From assembly GCA_964534045.1 (NCBI GenBank), contig CAZHNO010000001.1, forward strand, positions 1,786 to 65,785: a stretch of 64,000 nt of DNA. Direction: 5' to 3'. The DNA comes from an uncultured archaeon. Its GTDB lineage: Archaea > Iainarchaeota > Iainarchaeia > Iainarchaeales > JAAZKV01. Below, in pieces: positions 1-10,388 of this stretch. The notes below the pieces were generated by a model. That model did no database searches and was not told the origin of the DNA. It saw only the letters and a list, made by a program, of their open reading frames with translations. The position numbers were made by a program, and so were the translations under genes. Position 1 is the first letter of the stretch. Every line of letters starts with the position of its first letter.

Positions 1-345
1 GAAAATATTAATGATGATAATGAAAACACCACTAAATTTATTACTATTTCTTTAGAGCATTCAAATCCATCCAATAAGAAAAAAACAGCCATTGTGTTTG
101 GAGTGAAAGATAAACCAGGGGCATTATTAGAAGTTTTACAATCATTCAAAAAGTTTGATATAAATTTAACAAAAATTATTTCTCGTCCATCTCACATAAA
201 ACAATGGGGTTATTTATTTTTTACAGAAATTGACGGAAACACAGAAGAAAAGAATGTTGCAGAAGCTTTAAGAGAAGTTAAAGAAAAAGCCGCATCATTA
301 AAAGTACTTGGAAGTTATAGTGCACTCGATAAAAATGAAAAGTAA
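1..345 (+). CDS. pheA: Prephenate dehydratase, C-terminal ACT regulatory domain (5'-truncated by window start)
   Basis: Frame 1 is open from base 1 to the TAA at 343-345. The translation ...VFGVKDKPGALLEVLQSFKKFDINLTKIISRP... has the ACT-domain signature of prephenate dehydratases (GxL...NLTKIESRP-like). A prephenate dehydrogenase follows. Confidence 0.6.
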   Translation, partial: ENINDDNENTTKFITISLEHSNPSNKKKTAIVFGVKDKPGALLEVLQSFKKFDINLTKIISRPSHIKQWGYLFFTEIDGNTEEKNVAEALREVKEKAASLKVLGSYSALDKNEK

Positions 346-387
346 CCAATTAAATGTTTATTTAAATTGTTTTAACAATTTCTTTTT

Positions 388-1689
388 ATGAATGTTTTAA
401 TTGTTGGGGGTTGTGGAAGTTTAGGTAATTTTTATGCTAAGCTTTTGAAAAAAAATAACTTTGAAATTTATATTACTGATATTTTAGATGAGAGTTTGAT
501 AAGGGAAAAGTGTAAATTAGAAGGGTTTAACTTTTTTGAGGGGAATTATTCTCAAATAAATATAATAATAATTTCAGTACCAAATAACATTGCAATTTCT
601 GTTTTAAAAGAAATTTCAAAAAAAGCAAAAAAAGAAACATTAATTTTTGATTTTTGCTCAGTAAAAAGTTTTATTGTTCCAGAATTAGAAAAATTAAAAG
701 GAAAAGATTTTGAATTAGCATCAATTCACCCAATGCATGGACCAAGAGTTAGTTCAATTGCAGGTTATCCAATAATTATTATTCCAATTGAAACGGGAAA
801 AAAATTTGAAGAAATAATTAATTTTTTTGAAACCGAAAACACAAACATTATCGAAACAAATGCTGAAATACATGACAAAACACTTTCAATTGTTCAAGGA
901 TTAACTCATTTTAGTCAATTTGTTTCAGCAAAAACAATTCATGATTTGAAAATTAATTTAAAAGAATCAAAAGAATTTTCTTCACCAAATTTTGATTTAT
1001 TTATGAGTTTAATGTCAAGAGTAATATTACAAAATCCTGAAATTTACGCGCAAATACAAACAGAAAACCCTTACAATGAAAAAATGCGAAAAGCTTTTTC
1101 TGCAAATTCTGTTGAATTGGAAAAGATTTCCAAAGCAGGCACAAAAGAATTACAAAAAGAAATAATTAGTTCGGCAAGTATCTTCAATTCACTAAATGAT
1201 GTTTTGTTTGAAAGTGATAAAGCAATTTCTGCTTTAAAATTTATTAGCAAAACTCTTGAAGACAATATTGGAAATAAATTTCTAATAGAAAATGTATCAA
1301 ATAATACTTTCCATTATGGAATAATTGAAAAAATTGAAAAAAACAAAGTTTGGTTAAAAGAAGGAAAAAGAGAATTGTGTTTAAATTTGTCAAAAATAAG
1401 ACTTACAACAAAAAAAGAAATGTTTGAATATAGGAGAAATAATATTTTGGAAAAGTATCTTGATTTTAGTTTTCTTGTTGATAACAAGTGTAAAAAAGAA
1501 GCTATTGTAAAAGCTTTTTCAAAAATAAAACACTCTAAAATAGAGATTGTTGATGAATTTAAAAGTAATAAATTTAATGATAAAAAAAGTCTTACACTTA
1601 GAATTCATTTTTTTAGCGATGATGATATTGAAATAATCAAAAAAGAGGTTTTTGAACTAATTAATGGATTGGGTTTTGAAAATAGGTAG
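388..1689 (+). CDS. tyrA: Prephenate dehydrogenase (TyrA family) with C-terminal extension
   Basis: N-terminal Rossmann motif VGGCGSLG, conserved HPMHGP motif (HPMFGP in TyrA) and a long K-rich C-terminal extension. The gene sits next to the pheA fragment. Confidence 0.6.
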   Translation: MNVLIVGGCGSLGNFYAKLLKKNNFEIYITDILDESLIREKCKLEGFNFFEGNYSQINIIIISVPNNIAISVLKEISKKAKKETLIFDFCSVKSFIVPELEKLKGKDFELASIHPMHGPRVSSIAGYPIIIIPIETGKKFEEIINFFETENTNIIETNAEIHDKTLSIVQGLTHFSQFVSAKTIHDLKINLKESKEFSSPNFDLFMSLMSRVILQNPEIYAQIQTENPYNEKMRKAFSANSVELEKISKAGTKELQKEIISSASIFNSLNDVLFESDKAISALKFISKTLEDNIGNKFLIENVSNNTFHYGIIEKIEKNKVWLKEGKRELCLNLSKIRLTTKKEMFEYRRNNILEKYLDFSFLVDNKCKKEAIVKAFSKIKHSKIEIVDEFKSNKFNDKKSLTLRIHFFSDDDIEIIKKEVFELINGLGFENR

Positions 1690-1779
1690 TGTTTTGACTT
1701 ATTTTTTAACCTCATAAAATCCTTTATAAAGCTTTGCCAATCAATATTAATTATTCAAAATCAATTTGGTGAGCATTAA

Positions 1780-2079
1780 ATGGCAAAGTTGAATACAGGT
1801 GTAAGAAAACCAGGGAAAAGGGGAAAAACCCGTTCTAAATTAAAGAAAAAGAATGGTAAGATTACTGTTAATAAAATTATGCAAGAATTTACAGATGGTG
1901 ATAGAGTTCAAGTAGTAATAGAACCAGATTATCATGCTGGATTTCCTGATAAAAGTTTTCACGGTTTAACTGGGAAAATTTGTGGAAGAAAAGGCGAGAG
2001 TTACGAAATAGAATTAAAAAAAGGTAATAAGTTATTCACAGTAGTAACTACTCCAGTACACATAAAGAAATTAAAATAA
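1780..2079 (+). CDS. rpl21e: Ribosomal protein L21e
   Basis: 99 aa beginning MAKLNTGVRKPGKRGKTRSK, with the typical L21e N-terminus and length. First gene of the archaeal L21e-RpoF-DUF655-KsgA cluster. Confidence 0.85.
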   Translation: MAKLNTGVRKPGKRGKTRSKLKKKNGKITVNKIMQEFTDGDRVQVVIEPDYHAGFPDKSFHGLTGKICGRKGESYEIELKKGNKLFTVVTTPVHIKKLK

Positions 2080-2087
2080 GCAAAAAT

Positions 2088-2453
2088 ATGGTGAAAGTGA
2101 TTTTTATGGATCAGAAAAAAGTTGTAGAAATGAAACCAGTTTCTCTTTTCGAGGTAAAAGAAATTCTAAAAGCTAGAAAAGCTGAGAAAGAATTGAATTA
2201 TGAACAAGATTTAACAATGAAATATGTTGAAAGATTTTCACAATTAACTGAAAAACAAACTACTGATTTGTTAAAAGCTTTAAAAGAAATTAATTTTTTA
2301 AAAGATAAAGATGAATTAATTTATCAAATAGCAGCTGCTTTACCAACAAAAGAAGAACAAGTAAAACTATTTTTAACAAAAGACATAACTGCTACTGATG
2401 AAGAAATTAAACAAGTCATTGAATTGACGAAGAAATTTGAGGATAAAATATAG
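2088..2453 (+). CDS. rpoF: DNA-directed RNA polymerase subunit Rpo4/RpoF (Rpb4 homolog)
   Basis: 121 aa; SLFEVKEILKARKAEKELNYEQDL...YVERFSQL matches the archaeal RpoF pattern (ELxYEQ...Y.ERF). Lies in the conserved position after L21e. Confidence 0.6.
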   Translation: MVKVIFMDQKKVVEMKPVSLFEVKEILKARKAEKELNYEQDLTMKYVERFSQLTEKQTTDLLKALKEINFLKDKDELIYQIAAALPTKEEQVKLFLTKDITATDEEIKQVIELTKKFEDKI

Positions 2454-2540
2454 TGTTTTTTAAACACTTTTTATCCAAAAAAACCATTTTTTAAGGAGAG
2501 TGTTTTGTAATATTATTATAATTACACACAACAAAATTAG

Positions 2541-3173
2541 TTGATTATTATGGAAGAAAGAAAAGAAATTGAAAAAAAGGAATTTACTCCAAAAACAGAA
2601 GAAAAGGCAATTGTATTAGACTACATGCCCAGCGGAAAATCTTCTGCTTTAAAGTCAGAGCCAATAGCACAAGTTATTGGCAAGGAATTTTTTACTTTGT
2701 TAGAGGTAACTCCAAAAGTTGGAAAAGGATTTTCTATTGGAGAAGAAATTTATGTTGGAAAAGATGAACGAGAAAAAGTTGAACTAATAAAAGGAAGAAT
2801 TACATACAAAGATTTGACTTCAAATTCAATGGCTGAACTTAATGATACAATTGAAGATATTGTTGAATCAGATAAAGAAAAATTTTTGAAGTTTTTTAAT
2901 ACAGCAAGGCCAATTTCTTTAAAGAGACATCAATTTGAACTATTGCCAGGCATGGGAAAGAAACATGTGCTAGCTGCTCTTGATGAAAGAGAAAAAAAAT
3001 CATTTGAAAGTTTTGAAGATATTGATAAAAGAGTAAAAGGAATGCCTGATCCAAAAAAAGCGATTGTGCGAAGAATTTTGGAAGAATTAGAGGGGCCTGA
3101 GGATAAACATTATTTATTTGTTAGACCACCATCACCTCCAAAAAAATTCTTTCCACCAAGAAGAAGGTATTAG
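2541..3173 (+). CDS. DUF655-family protein (conserved archaeal, between RpoF and KsgA)
   Basis: 210 aa at the position of the conserved archaeal gene neighbourhood. Carries a C-terminal Pro-rich basic tail (PPSPPKKFFPPRRRY). Confidence 0.5.
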   Translation: MIIMEERKEIEKKEFTPKTEEKAIVLDYMPSGKSSALKSEPIAQVIGKEFFTLLEVTPKVGKGFSIGEEIYVGKDEREKVELIKGRITYKDLTSNSMAELNDTIEDIVESDKEKFLKFFNTARPISLKRHQFELLPGMGKKHVLAALDEREKKSFESFEDIDKRVKGMPDPKKAIVRRILEELEGPEDKHYLFVRPPSPPKKFFPPRRRY

Positions 3174-3182
3174 TGGGAAAAA

Positions 3183-4010
3183 ATGGATCTATTTGCTGAG
3201 CTACAAAATTTAATGATAAAATATCATTTTAGACCAGAAAAAAAATTATCACAATTTTATTGTATAAATGAAGCTCTATTAATTTATTTAACAAAAGTTG
3301 CTCAAATAAATGATAGAGATACTGTTTTAGAAATTGGGCCAGGAACTGGTTTTTTAACACGAAGATTACTTGAAAAAGCAAGAAAAGTTTTTGTAATTGA
3401 AAAAGATAACAGCATGGTTGAATTATTAAAACAAGAATTTGAAGATGATGTTAATTCTGGAAGATTAAGAATTATTGAAGATGATGCTTCTCTTGTAGAT
3501 TATAATAATTTAGATATAGACAAAATTGTTTGCCTTCCCCCATATCATATTTCAAGCACACTTGTAACTAAAATAGCTATGTCAAAAATAAAACAAGCTG
3601 TTCTTGTTTTAGATTCTGGTTTTATAGAAAAATTAACTGCTTTTGAAGGCTTTAAAGAATATAATGCATTAACAGCATTGCTTTCTCTAAATGCAAAAAT
3701 AGAAGTTACTCAAGCAGTTGATAAAGATAGTTTTTTCCCAAAACCAAATTGTCAAAGTGCAGTTGTAAATATTGAATTTACTAAAATAGAAAATTCTGAA
3801 AAGTTTTTTACATTTTTAAAAGAGTTATTTAGACACAAAAATAAAGATTTATCTCGTGCAATGAAACAAGCAATGCCTTTTTTAGTTGAAAAATTAGAAT
3901 GGAAAAGCGATTCTAAAAAAATGGAAGCTTTAAAATATTCTGATAAAAAAGTTTATGCAATGAATCCTCAAGAATTACTTGAAACTTATAAATTTTGGAA
4001 AAAACCTTAA
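3183..4010 (+). CDS. rsmA: 16S rRNA (adenine1518/1519-N6)-dimethyltransferase KsgA/Dim1
   Basis: SAM-binding motif LEIGPGTGFLT and the LPPYHISS (NLPYNIS-like) motif; 275 aa. Confidence 0.85.
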   Translation: MDLFAELQNLMIKYHFRPEKKLSQFYCINEALLIYLTKVAQINDRDTVLEIGPGTGFLTRRLLEKARKVFVIEKDNSMVELLKQEFEDDVNSGRLRIIEDDASLVDYNNLDIDKIVCLPPYHISSTLVTKIAMSKIKQAVLVLDSGFIEKLTAFEGFKEYNALTALLSLNAKIEVTQAVDKDSFFPKPNCQSAVVNIEFTKIENSEKFFTFLKELFRHKNKDLSRAMKQAMPFLVEKLEWKSDSKKMEALKYSDKKVYAMNPQELLETYKFWKKP

Positions 4011-4029
4011 AATGAATTTATTATAAGCA

Positions 4030-4629
4030 CTAAGCATAATTTGAATGTAAACTTAGGTGAGCCGGCAAATCAACAACCAATTTGCATAAAATAAAAACTA
4101 TAACTACTCCTAATCCAAAATTTCCAAAAAATGCGCCCAAAAATACTCCAAAAATAATTGCAAAATGAAAGACTAACATTCTACTAACTAAAAAATAGTC
4201 TGCTTGCAACTTAAACTGCTTATTATCTTTTTTAAAGTTAACAATTAATGAAATTAAATGACTTAAAAACAACAAGAAAATAGAAAATATAAACGCAATA
4301 AAAATTTCATTGGAAGGAAATAAATTTAATGAAGTTGGAATATTTAACCCTATTATAAATGGATAATAAAGAATAAACCAAAAAAAGGAAAATATATAAA
4401 GAAAGCTAGATTTTTTTAGAGAAATCTTTTTTTCTTTTAAAAAAAGTTTCGCAATAATTATTTTAGAAAGAGAAATAAATATAACTATAAAAACTTCAAT
4501 TAAATAAATTAAAAGAATATGTACCAATTGTAAACTAGAATTTGTTGCAACAACTAGGACTAGTAGGTTAAAGACAATTAATGAAATTGCAGATGGTGAC
4601 GAACAAACCTTTCCAACAAATTTTTTCAT
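4030..4629 (-). CDS. Polytopic membrane protein, unknown function
   Basis: 199 aa with 5-6 hydrophobic helices and no recognisable motif. Confidence 0.4.
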   Translation of the reverse strand: MKKFVGKVCSSPSAISLIVFNLLVLVVATNSSLQLVHILLIYLIEVFIVIFISLSKIIIAKLFLKEKKISLKKSSFLYIFSFFWFILYYPFIIGLNIPTSLNLFPSNEIFIAFIFSIFLLFLSHLISLIVNFKKDNKQFKLQADYFLVSRMLVFHFAIIFGVFLGAFFGNFGLGVVIVFILCKLVVDLPAHLSLHSNYA

Positions 4630-4689
4630 AATAACTTAATACTTGTCTTAAATAAAAACTATTCTATCAATTTGTTAAATTAAAATCAA

Positions 4690-6213
4690 TCAACTATTTT
4701 TTCCAACTTTCTTTATTTCAACAAAACTATTTTTGTTTGCTTCTTCAATTGCAGAATCCAGCTTTCTTGCATTCTCAGCATAAATAGTCATTATTTTTTC
4801 CCCAGCATTAATTTTCTCTCCAATAGTTTTAGCAAGCATTATGCCAGCTAGTTTGTTTGCTGGTGCACCGGCATACCTCGCAATCTTTGTTAATTCAGCA
4901 ATATCCATTTCAGTAATAATTCCACTTTCTTTTGCCTTGATTTCTTTATTTAGTGGAGAAAGAATTAGTTTAGTGCTCTTATCAATCTTTCCACCCTGAG
5001 CATAAATAATTTCCTGCATTTTTGCCAGAGCTTTTCCAGATTTTAAAATTTCTTCAGCAAAATGATAACCTTGCCCCTGTCTCCTTAATCCAGCTAACTC
5101 AAAAATACTTCCTGCAAGTTCACAACTTTTTTTTGCTAAATTATCAAATCTTTTTCCTTCTAATATTTCTAAAACATATTTTGATTCCAATGCAGGACCA
5201 AAAGCTAAACCTGATGGTGAAGAACCATCAGTTATAATTGCTTCAACTTCCATCCCAATTTGTTTTCCAACAAAAACAAACTTTTTTGCCATTTCTAAAG
5301 CTTTCTTTTTATTTTTTATTTTTGCATTTGGACCAACTGGCAAATCAATTACCACATATTTGCTTCCAACACTTGCTTTTTTTGAAAGTACTGAAGCAAT
5401 TAACATTCCTTCAGGATCAAGCGAAAGCGGATGTCTTACTTGAATTATTTTATCATCAGCTGGAGCCAAATCAACAGCTCCACCCCAAGCAATCACTCCA
5501 CCAGTTTTTTTTGTTATATCTTTTATTTTATCAAAACTTAAATTAACTGGTGCTAAAACTTCCATTGCATCAGCAGTTCCAGCAACACTTGTAATACTTC
5601 TAGAACTTGTTTTTGGAATATATAATCCTGCAGAAGCAACTATTGGAATAACAAGCATTGTTGCTCTTCCATTAATTCCACCAACACTATGTTTGTCAAC
5701 CACTGGCTCAACATCAAAACTAATTCTTTGTCCATTATTTATTAGTGATTTTGTAAGAAAAGCAGTTTCTTTCATATTTAATTCTTTCATATAAACTGCA
5801 GAAACAAAAGCACTTGCTTCAATATCATTCAATCTACAATCAGTAATATCTTTTACTATTTCATCAAACTCTTTTTGATTTAATCTTTCCCCATTCATTT
5901 TATTTTTGATAAATTCAACACTTTTCAATGGGGGAGTGGCCTTAACTTCAACTAATTCATTACCATTAATCTTCAATAAATTAGCCACTTCTTCAAATAA
6001 ACCAATTCCTTTTTCTTTAACAGACATTGAACTAATATCAACTATTCCAACAGCTCTTCTTCCATTACTTTTATTTTTTATTTCTAATCTATCACCAGCA
6101 ATAACTCCTAATTCTTTTGCATCTCTTTCATTCAAAACGCAAATCATTCTACCGGCAGTAATATGAAATATTTTAGATTTCATCATCTGTGAATAAGTCT
6201 TTTCCTTTTCCAT
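4690..6213 (-). CDS. deoA: AMP phosphorylase / thymidine phosphorylase family (archaeal type)
   Basis: 507 aa. The N-terminal about 85-aa extension and the glycosyl-transferase family 3 core (ASAGLYIPKTSSRSITSVAGTAD, HSVGG-like motifs) are typical of archaeal AMP phosphorylase. Confidence 0.75.
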   Translation of the reverse strand: MEKEKTYSQMMKSKIFHITAGRMICVLNERDAKELGVIAGDRLEIKNKSNGRRAVGIVDISSMSVKEKGIGLFEEVANLLKINGNELVEVKATPPLKSVEFIKNKMNGERLNQKEFDEIVKDITDCRLNDIEASAFVSAVYMKELNMKETAFLTKSLINNGQRISFDVEPVVDKHSVGGINGRATMLVIPIVASAGLYIPKTSSRSITSVAGTADAMEVLAPVNLSFDKIKDITKKTGGVIAWGGAVDLAPADDKIIQVRHPLSLDPEGMLIASVLSKKASVGSKYVVIDLPVGPNAKIKNKKKALEMAKKFVFVGKQIGMEVEAIITDGSSPSGLAFGPALESKYVLEILEGKRFDNLAKKSCELAGSIFELAGLRRQGQGYHFAEEILKSGKALAKMQEIIYAQGGKIDKSTKLILSPLNKEIKAKESGIITEMDIAELTKIARYAGAPANKLAGIMLAKTIGEKINAGEKIMTIYAENARKLDSAIEEANKNSFVEIKKVGKNS

Positions 6214-6295
6214 TCAAAAATTACGTTTACTTGATTTATAATTGTTTGCAGGTGAAAGAAATAACAATAAAAACCATTGTGAATTTGTATTTACT

Positions 6296-7369
6296 ATGGA
6301 TATTAGTAAAAAAGTAGCTCTTGTAAAGGAAGTGGGTGAGGAGATACTCACCGAAGAAGAATTAAGAACACTTTTGGAAACAAAAAAAAATCCTGTTGCA
6401 TATGATGGTTTTGAACCTAGTGGACAAATGCATATTGCTCAAGGAATTTTAAGATCAGTAAATATTAACAAAATGATTGATGCTGGTTTCACATTTAAGA
6501 TGTGGGTTGCGGATTGGTTTGCATGGGCAAATAATAAATTAGATGGAAATTTAGAAAACATACAAACAGCGGGAAAATATTTAATTGAAGTTTGGAAAAC
6601 TACCGGAATGAATTTAGATAAAGTTGAATTTATTTGGGCTAATGAAGCAATGTCAGATGTTAATTATTGGAAAATAGTAATGAATGTTGCAACAACAAAT
6701 TCTCTAGCAAGAATAACAAGATGTTCACAAATAATGGGGCGAGATCAAAATGCTGCACTAAAAGCTTCACAAATTTTTTATCCATGCATGCAATGTGCAG
6801 ATATATTTTATTTAGGTGCGGATGCAACACAACTTGGAATGGATCAAAGAAAAGTTAATGTTTTAGCAAGAGAAGTTGGAGAAAAGCTTGGTTACTATAA
6901 GCCAATTGTAATTTCACACCACATGCTTGCTGGCTTAAAAGAAATTAATACAGATGCTACAGGAGCAGAGGCTGCAATTGCAAAAAAGATGTCAAAGAGC
7001 AATCCTGATTCAGCTATTTTTATGACTGATTCAACACAAGACATTCAGAGAAAAATATCAAAAGCATTTTGCCCAGAAAAGGTTGTTGAAGGAAACCCAA
7101 TTTTAGAATATAATAAGTTTATTGTTTTTGAAAAATTTGACAAAGTTAAAATTGAAAGGCCAATAAAGTTTGGTGGAGACGTTGAATACAAAACATATAA
7201 TGAAATGGAAAAAGATTTTGTTGAAGGAAAACTACACCCAATGGATTTGAAACAAACAACTGCAAAATGCCTTGATGAATTAGTTGAACCAACCAGAAAA
7301 CACTTTGAAAAAAATTCAAAAGCAAAAGATTTACTAAAACAAGTTCAAAGCTTTAAAATTACTAGATAA
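6296..7369 (+). CDS. tyrS: Tyrosyl-tRNA synthetase
   Basis: GFEPSGQMHIAQG (HIGH-type motif) and KKMSKS motif. The ATG at 6296 is preferred over the ORF-track start at 6242. Confidence 0.85.
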   Translation: MDISKKVALVKEVGEEILTEEELRTLLETKKNPVAYDGFEPSGQMHIAQGILRSVNINKMIDAGFTFKMWVADWFAWANNKLDGNLENIQTAGKYLIEVWKTTGMNLDKVEFIWANEAMSDVNYWKIVMNVATTNSLARITRCSQIMGRDQNAALKASQIFYPCMQCADIFYLGADATQLGMDQRKVNVLAREVGEKLGYYKPIVISHHMLAGLKEINTDATGAEAAIAKKMSKSNPDSAIFMTDSTQDIQRKISKAFCPEKVVEGNPILEYNKFIVFEKFDKVKIERPIKFGGDVEYKTYNEMEKDFVEGKLHPMDLKQTTAKCLDELVEPTRKHFEKNSKAKDLLKQVQSFKITR

Positions 7370-7453
7370 ATACTATTATTTAAAATCAAAAAGCAATATT
7401 TCTTGATTTATTGAATTGAAAAAATATAAAAAGCCCTAAATCCTTCTAATTTC

Positions 7454-8404
7454 ATGAAATCCTATATTTACATGGTGTTGGCAGCAATTTGTCTTTCAGC
7501 AATTGGTGTTTTAGTTAAGTTAATTGGTAATGAAGTTCCGACAATGTCTCTTAACTTTTTAAGAATATTTATAGCATTTTTATTTTTACTCATAATAACT
7601 CTTATTCCACAAGTAAACCCAAAATACAAAAGCATTCCAAAAAGAAAAATAAAAAAATATTTTTTAATTGGAGTAGTATATGCAATAGCCCTATCACTAC
7701 ACACTACCTCAAACTTATTCACTACAGTTCAAAATGCTGTTTTGTTGCATTATTTATATCCATTTTTTGTTTTACCCTTTGCTTACCTTTTATTAAAAGA
7801 AAATATTACAAAAACAAAAATTATTACTTTGATAATTGCAATAATTGGTTTGATAATAATTAATCCAATTAGTTTTAACTCCAGCAGGTTTGGTAATTTG
7901 CTCGCTTTATTAAGTGCAATATTTTATGCCATTTTAATAACTGAAATGCGAGCTGAAGATAAAGAGCATCACTCAGCAAGCATTGTTTGGTTTGTTTTCT
8001 TCGCATCAATTGTTCTTTTGCCGTTTGCAATAATTGATGGTTTTGGAAACTGGCTAGTTGTTTGGCCATTGATACTAATTCTTGGAATTTTTTCTACCGG
8101 ATTAGCTTATTTGTTTTACACAATTGCACTTGAAGATATTGAAGCGGAAAGTGCTTCAATAATAACAATGATTATTACTCCACTAATATCAATTATTCTT
8201 GCTGTTTTAATAATCAATGAATTAATTGATTTACAAACAATTATTGGAGGAATTATTTTAATAATTGCTGGAATTTATTTAGAAACTCACTCAAAGAAAA
8301 TTAAAAAAGAAGAAAAATTTAAAGAAAAAGTAGAAGCTGTAACCTATGATGTAAAACACAAAAACAAAGATAAGTTAGGCAATGATAAAGATAAAAAGAA
8401 TTAA
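7454..8404 (+). CDS. EamA/DMT-superfamily transporter
   Basis: 316 aa, about 10 TM helices arranged as two repeated 5-TM halves, with a K/D-rich C-terminal tail. Confidence 0.55.
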   Translation: MKSYIYMVLAAICLSAIGVLVKLIGNEVPTMSLNFLRIFIAFLFLLIITLIPQVNPKYKSIPKRKIKKYFLIGVVYAIALSLHTTSNLFTTVQNAVLLHYLYPFFVLPFAYLLLKENITKTKIITLIIAIIGLIIINPISFNSSRFGNLLALLSAIFYAILITEMRAEDKEHHSASIVWFVFFASIVLLPFAIIDGFGNWLVVWPLILILGIFSTGLAYLFYTIALEDIEAESASIITMIITPLISIILAVLIINELIDLQTIIGGIILIIAGIYLETHSKKIKKEEKFKEKVEAVTYDVKHKNKDKLGNDKDKKN

Positions 8405-8418
8405 TTTTCATTATTAAT

Positions 8419-9348
8419 TTATAATTTTAAAAAGTCAATTTCTTTTTTATCGAGTTCTAATTCAGTATATAATTTGCTTGCTAATACTTGTGGAGGAAAA
8501 ACTCCTTTTTCACAAATTATTCCTTCAATTAAAGAAGAATTAGTTCTATCAAAAGCAGGATTTACAACATTAACTTTTGGTATTTTTGATTGCAAAACTT
8601 CACTTTCAGCTCTCTGTTCAATTGGCTCATCTTTTCCAAAGAAACTAGCTGGCTCAAATTTATTAGTTGAAGTAACAACATAGTGTTTAGTTTCATACCT
8701 TCTACAAAGGGTAGAAATTTGATTTGTTCCTATTTTGTTTATAACATCACCATCAGCAAGAAAAGCATCAGCGCCTGTAAAAAAATAATCACATTCTTTT
8801 AAAAATATTGAAGCGGCGTTGTCAACAATTAAAGTAACTTTTATTCCAGCTGAAGCCAACTCTTTAGCAGTAATTCTTCCTTGAAACAAAGGGCGAGTTT
8901 CACAACAATAAACATGTTTTATTTTTCTTTTGGCTTTTATTAATACATCAACCACTGCATGTGAATGGCAAAGAGTCATTATTACTGCATTTTTTTTTAT
9001 TACTTCTGCCCCAAACTTAGTTCTTTTTTCATTATTTCTTTTTCTTTCAATTTCATAATTTTTACTTGTTTCATAAATTGTTTCTTTCATTTCTGCAACG
9101 TTTAAATCTTTTTTTGCAATACTTTTTTTAAAAATTCTTATTGTGTTTCTAAGTGCTGGTTCAGTAGGCCTAGCATTAAATAATTTTTTTGAATTTAGAA
9201 GGAATTCTTTTCTAAAATCCATTACATTATTTGTTTTGCTATGTAGCGAAGCTTCTACAAGTGCAATAATTGCTTTCTCTTTTACTTTTGAAGCGCCCTG
9301 AATCTTTAATGATTTTATATCTTTTATAGTTCTATCTATAATATCCAT
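8419..9348 (-). CDS. Ribose-1,5-bisphosphate isomerase (eIF-2B alpha/beta/delta-like, e2b2 family)
   Basis: 309 aa eIF-2B-like fold (GAD..L.DG...NKIGT motif: TGADAFLADGDVINKIGT). It co-occurs with AMP phosphorylase 2 kb away. Confidence 0.7.
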   Translation of the reverse strand: MDIIDRTIKDIKSLKIQGASKVKEKAIIALVEASLHSKTNNVMDFRKEFLLNSKKLFNARPTEPALRNTIRIFKKSIAKKDLNVAEMKETIYETSKNYEIERKRNNEKRTKFGAEVIKKNAVIMTLCHSHAVVDVLIKAKRKIKHVYCCETRPLFQGRITAKELASAGIKVTLIVDNAASIFLKECDYFFTGADAFLADGDVINKIGTNQISTLCRRYETKHYVVTSTNKFEPASFFGKDEPIEQRAESEVLQSKIPKVNVVNPAFDRTNSSLIEGIICEKGVFPPQVLASKLYTELELDKKEIDFLKL

Positions 9349-9459
9349 CAGATTGAATTAGTGATTTTTAGTATTTAATTCTTTTGGGCATGTTTAAGCT
9401 GGATTTTGAGCAATTTACAAACAAAAACCTTTTATTAAGTATAATTCTTCTTCTATTAA

Positions 9460-10326
9460 ATGAAAAAATCATTATCCACTGGATTAGTCATTGTAACAAT
9501 GTTCGTGCTAATTTTATTAGCACCTTTTATTCAAAACTTATTCCCAATTTCAATGAATGAACAATTTAGAATAATTTTATCCTTTGTAATTATTGGTGTT
9601 ATTTTTGTAATTGTACTTTTTATTTTAGTTTTTTTGAATAAAAAAGGAATAAATTCTCCAAAAAAAGAAGAAATAAAACCAATTAAAGCTGAAAGAATTG
9701 AAAAAAATGATTTAATTGAAAAAAAGGATGTTAAAGAAAATAAAAAAGTTGAAGAAGAGAAAAAAAAAGAAAAAGATAAATCTTTAAAACAGAAAAGAGA
9801 AGAGCTTGTTCAAAAATTAAATGAAGCTGAAAAAAAGTTTTTAAAAAATCAAATTGATAAGGATACTTTCCATTCAATATCTAAACAAGCAAATGCTGAA
9901 TTAATTAGTGTTGAAGCAGAGTTAGATTCTCAAAAAAAGATTAATCTTGGAAAAGATGAAATTAAACAATTAGATAATGTTTCGAAGGATAAGAAAAAAG
10001 TTTTACAAGATTTATTGGAGCAAAAACAAAAAAAAGTTTATGAAGCAAGAATAGCTGAGAAAAGTTTTTATAAAAGAAAAATAGATGAACCAACTTTTAA
10101 AAAAATAAGTTCTGATGTAAAATCTGAAATTATTTCTATAGATGGAAAAATAAAGGCAATTCAAAAAAGTGAAGAAATTGAAAAAATGAAAAAAGAACTT
10201 CTTGAAGGAACGAGAGAAGTAACAAAACAAAAACAAAAATCTGAAAAAAGAAAAGATGAGACTGAAATCTTTGAAGAAGATTTGTTTGCACAAATAGATG
10301 AAATGAGTGGTGGACTAAAAAGATAA
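9460..10326 (+). CDS. Membrane-anchored K/E-rich coiled-coil protein
   Basis: Two N-terminal TM helices followed by about 200 aa of a highly charged K/E repeat region. Confidence 0.4.
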   Translation: MKKSLSTGLVIVTMFVLILLAPFIQNLFPISMNEQFRIILSFVIIGVIFVIVLFILVFLNKKGINSPKKEEIKPIKAERIEKNDLIEKKDVKENKKVEEEKKKEKDKSLKQKREELVQKLNEAEKKFLKNQIDKDTFHSISKQANAELISVEAELDSQKKINLGKDEIKQLDNVSKDKKKVLQDLLEQKQKKVYEARIAEKSFYKRKIDEPTFKKISSDVKSEIISIDGKIKAIQKSEEIEKMKKELLEGTREVTKQKQKSEKRKDETEIFEEDLFAQIDEMSGGLKR

Positions 10327-10388
10327 ATTAGTCAAAAAAATATTTGTAAAAAATTAATAATCTTATTTTTGTTCAAAAATTTTGTTTT

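Noticed and set aside
5022-6166. Three plus-strand ORFs (71, 102, 86 aa) antisense to the AMP phosphorylase gene
   Set aside because: Q/L/F-rich translations of the antisense strand of a well-conserved gene, with no motifs. Typical shadow ORFs.
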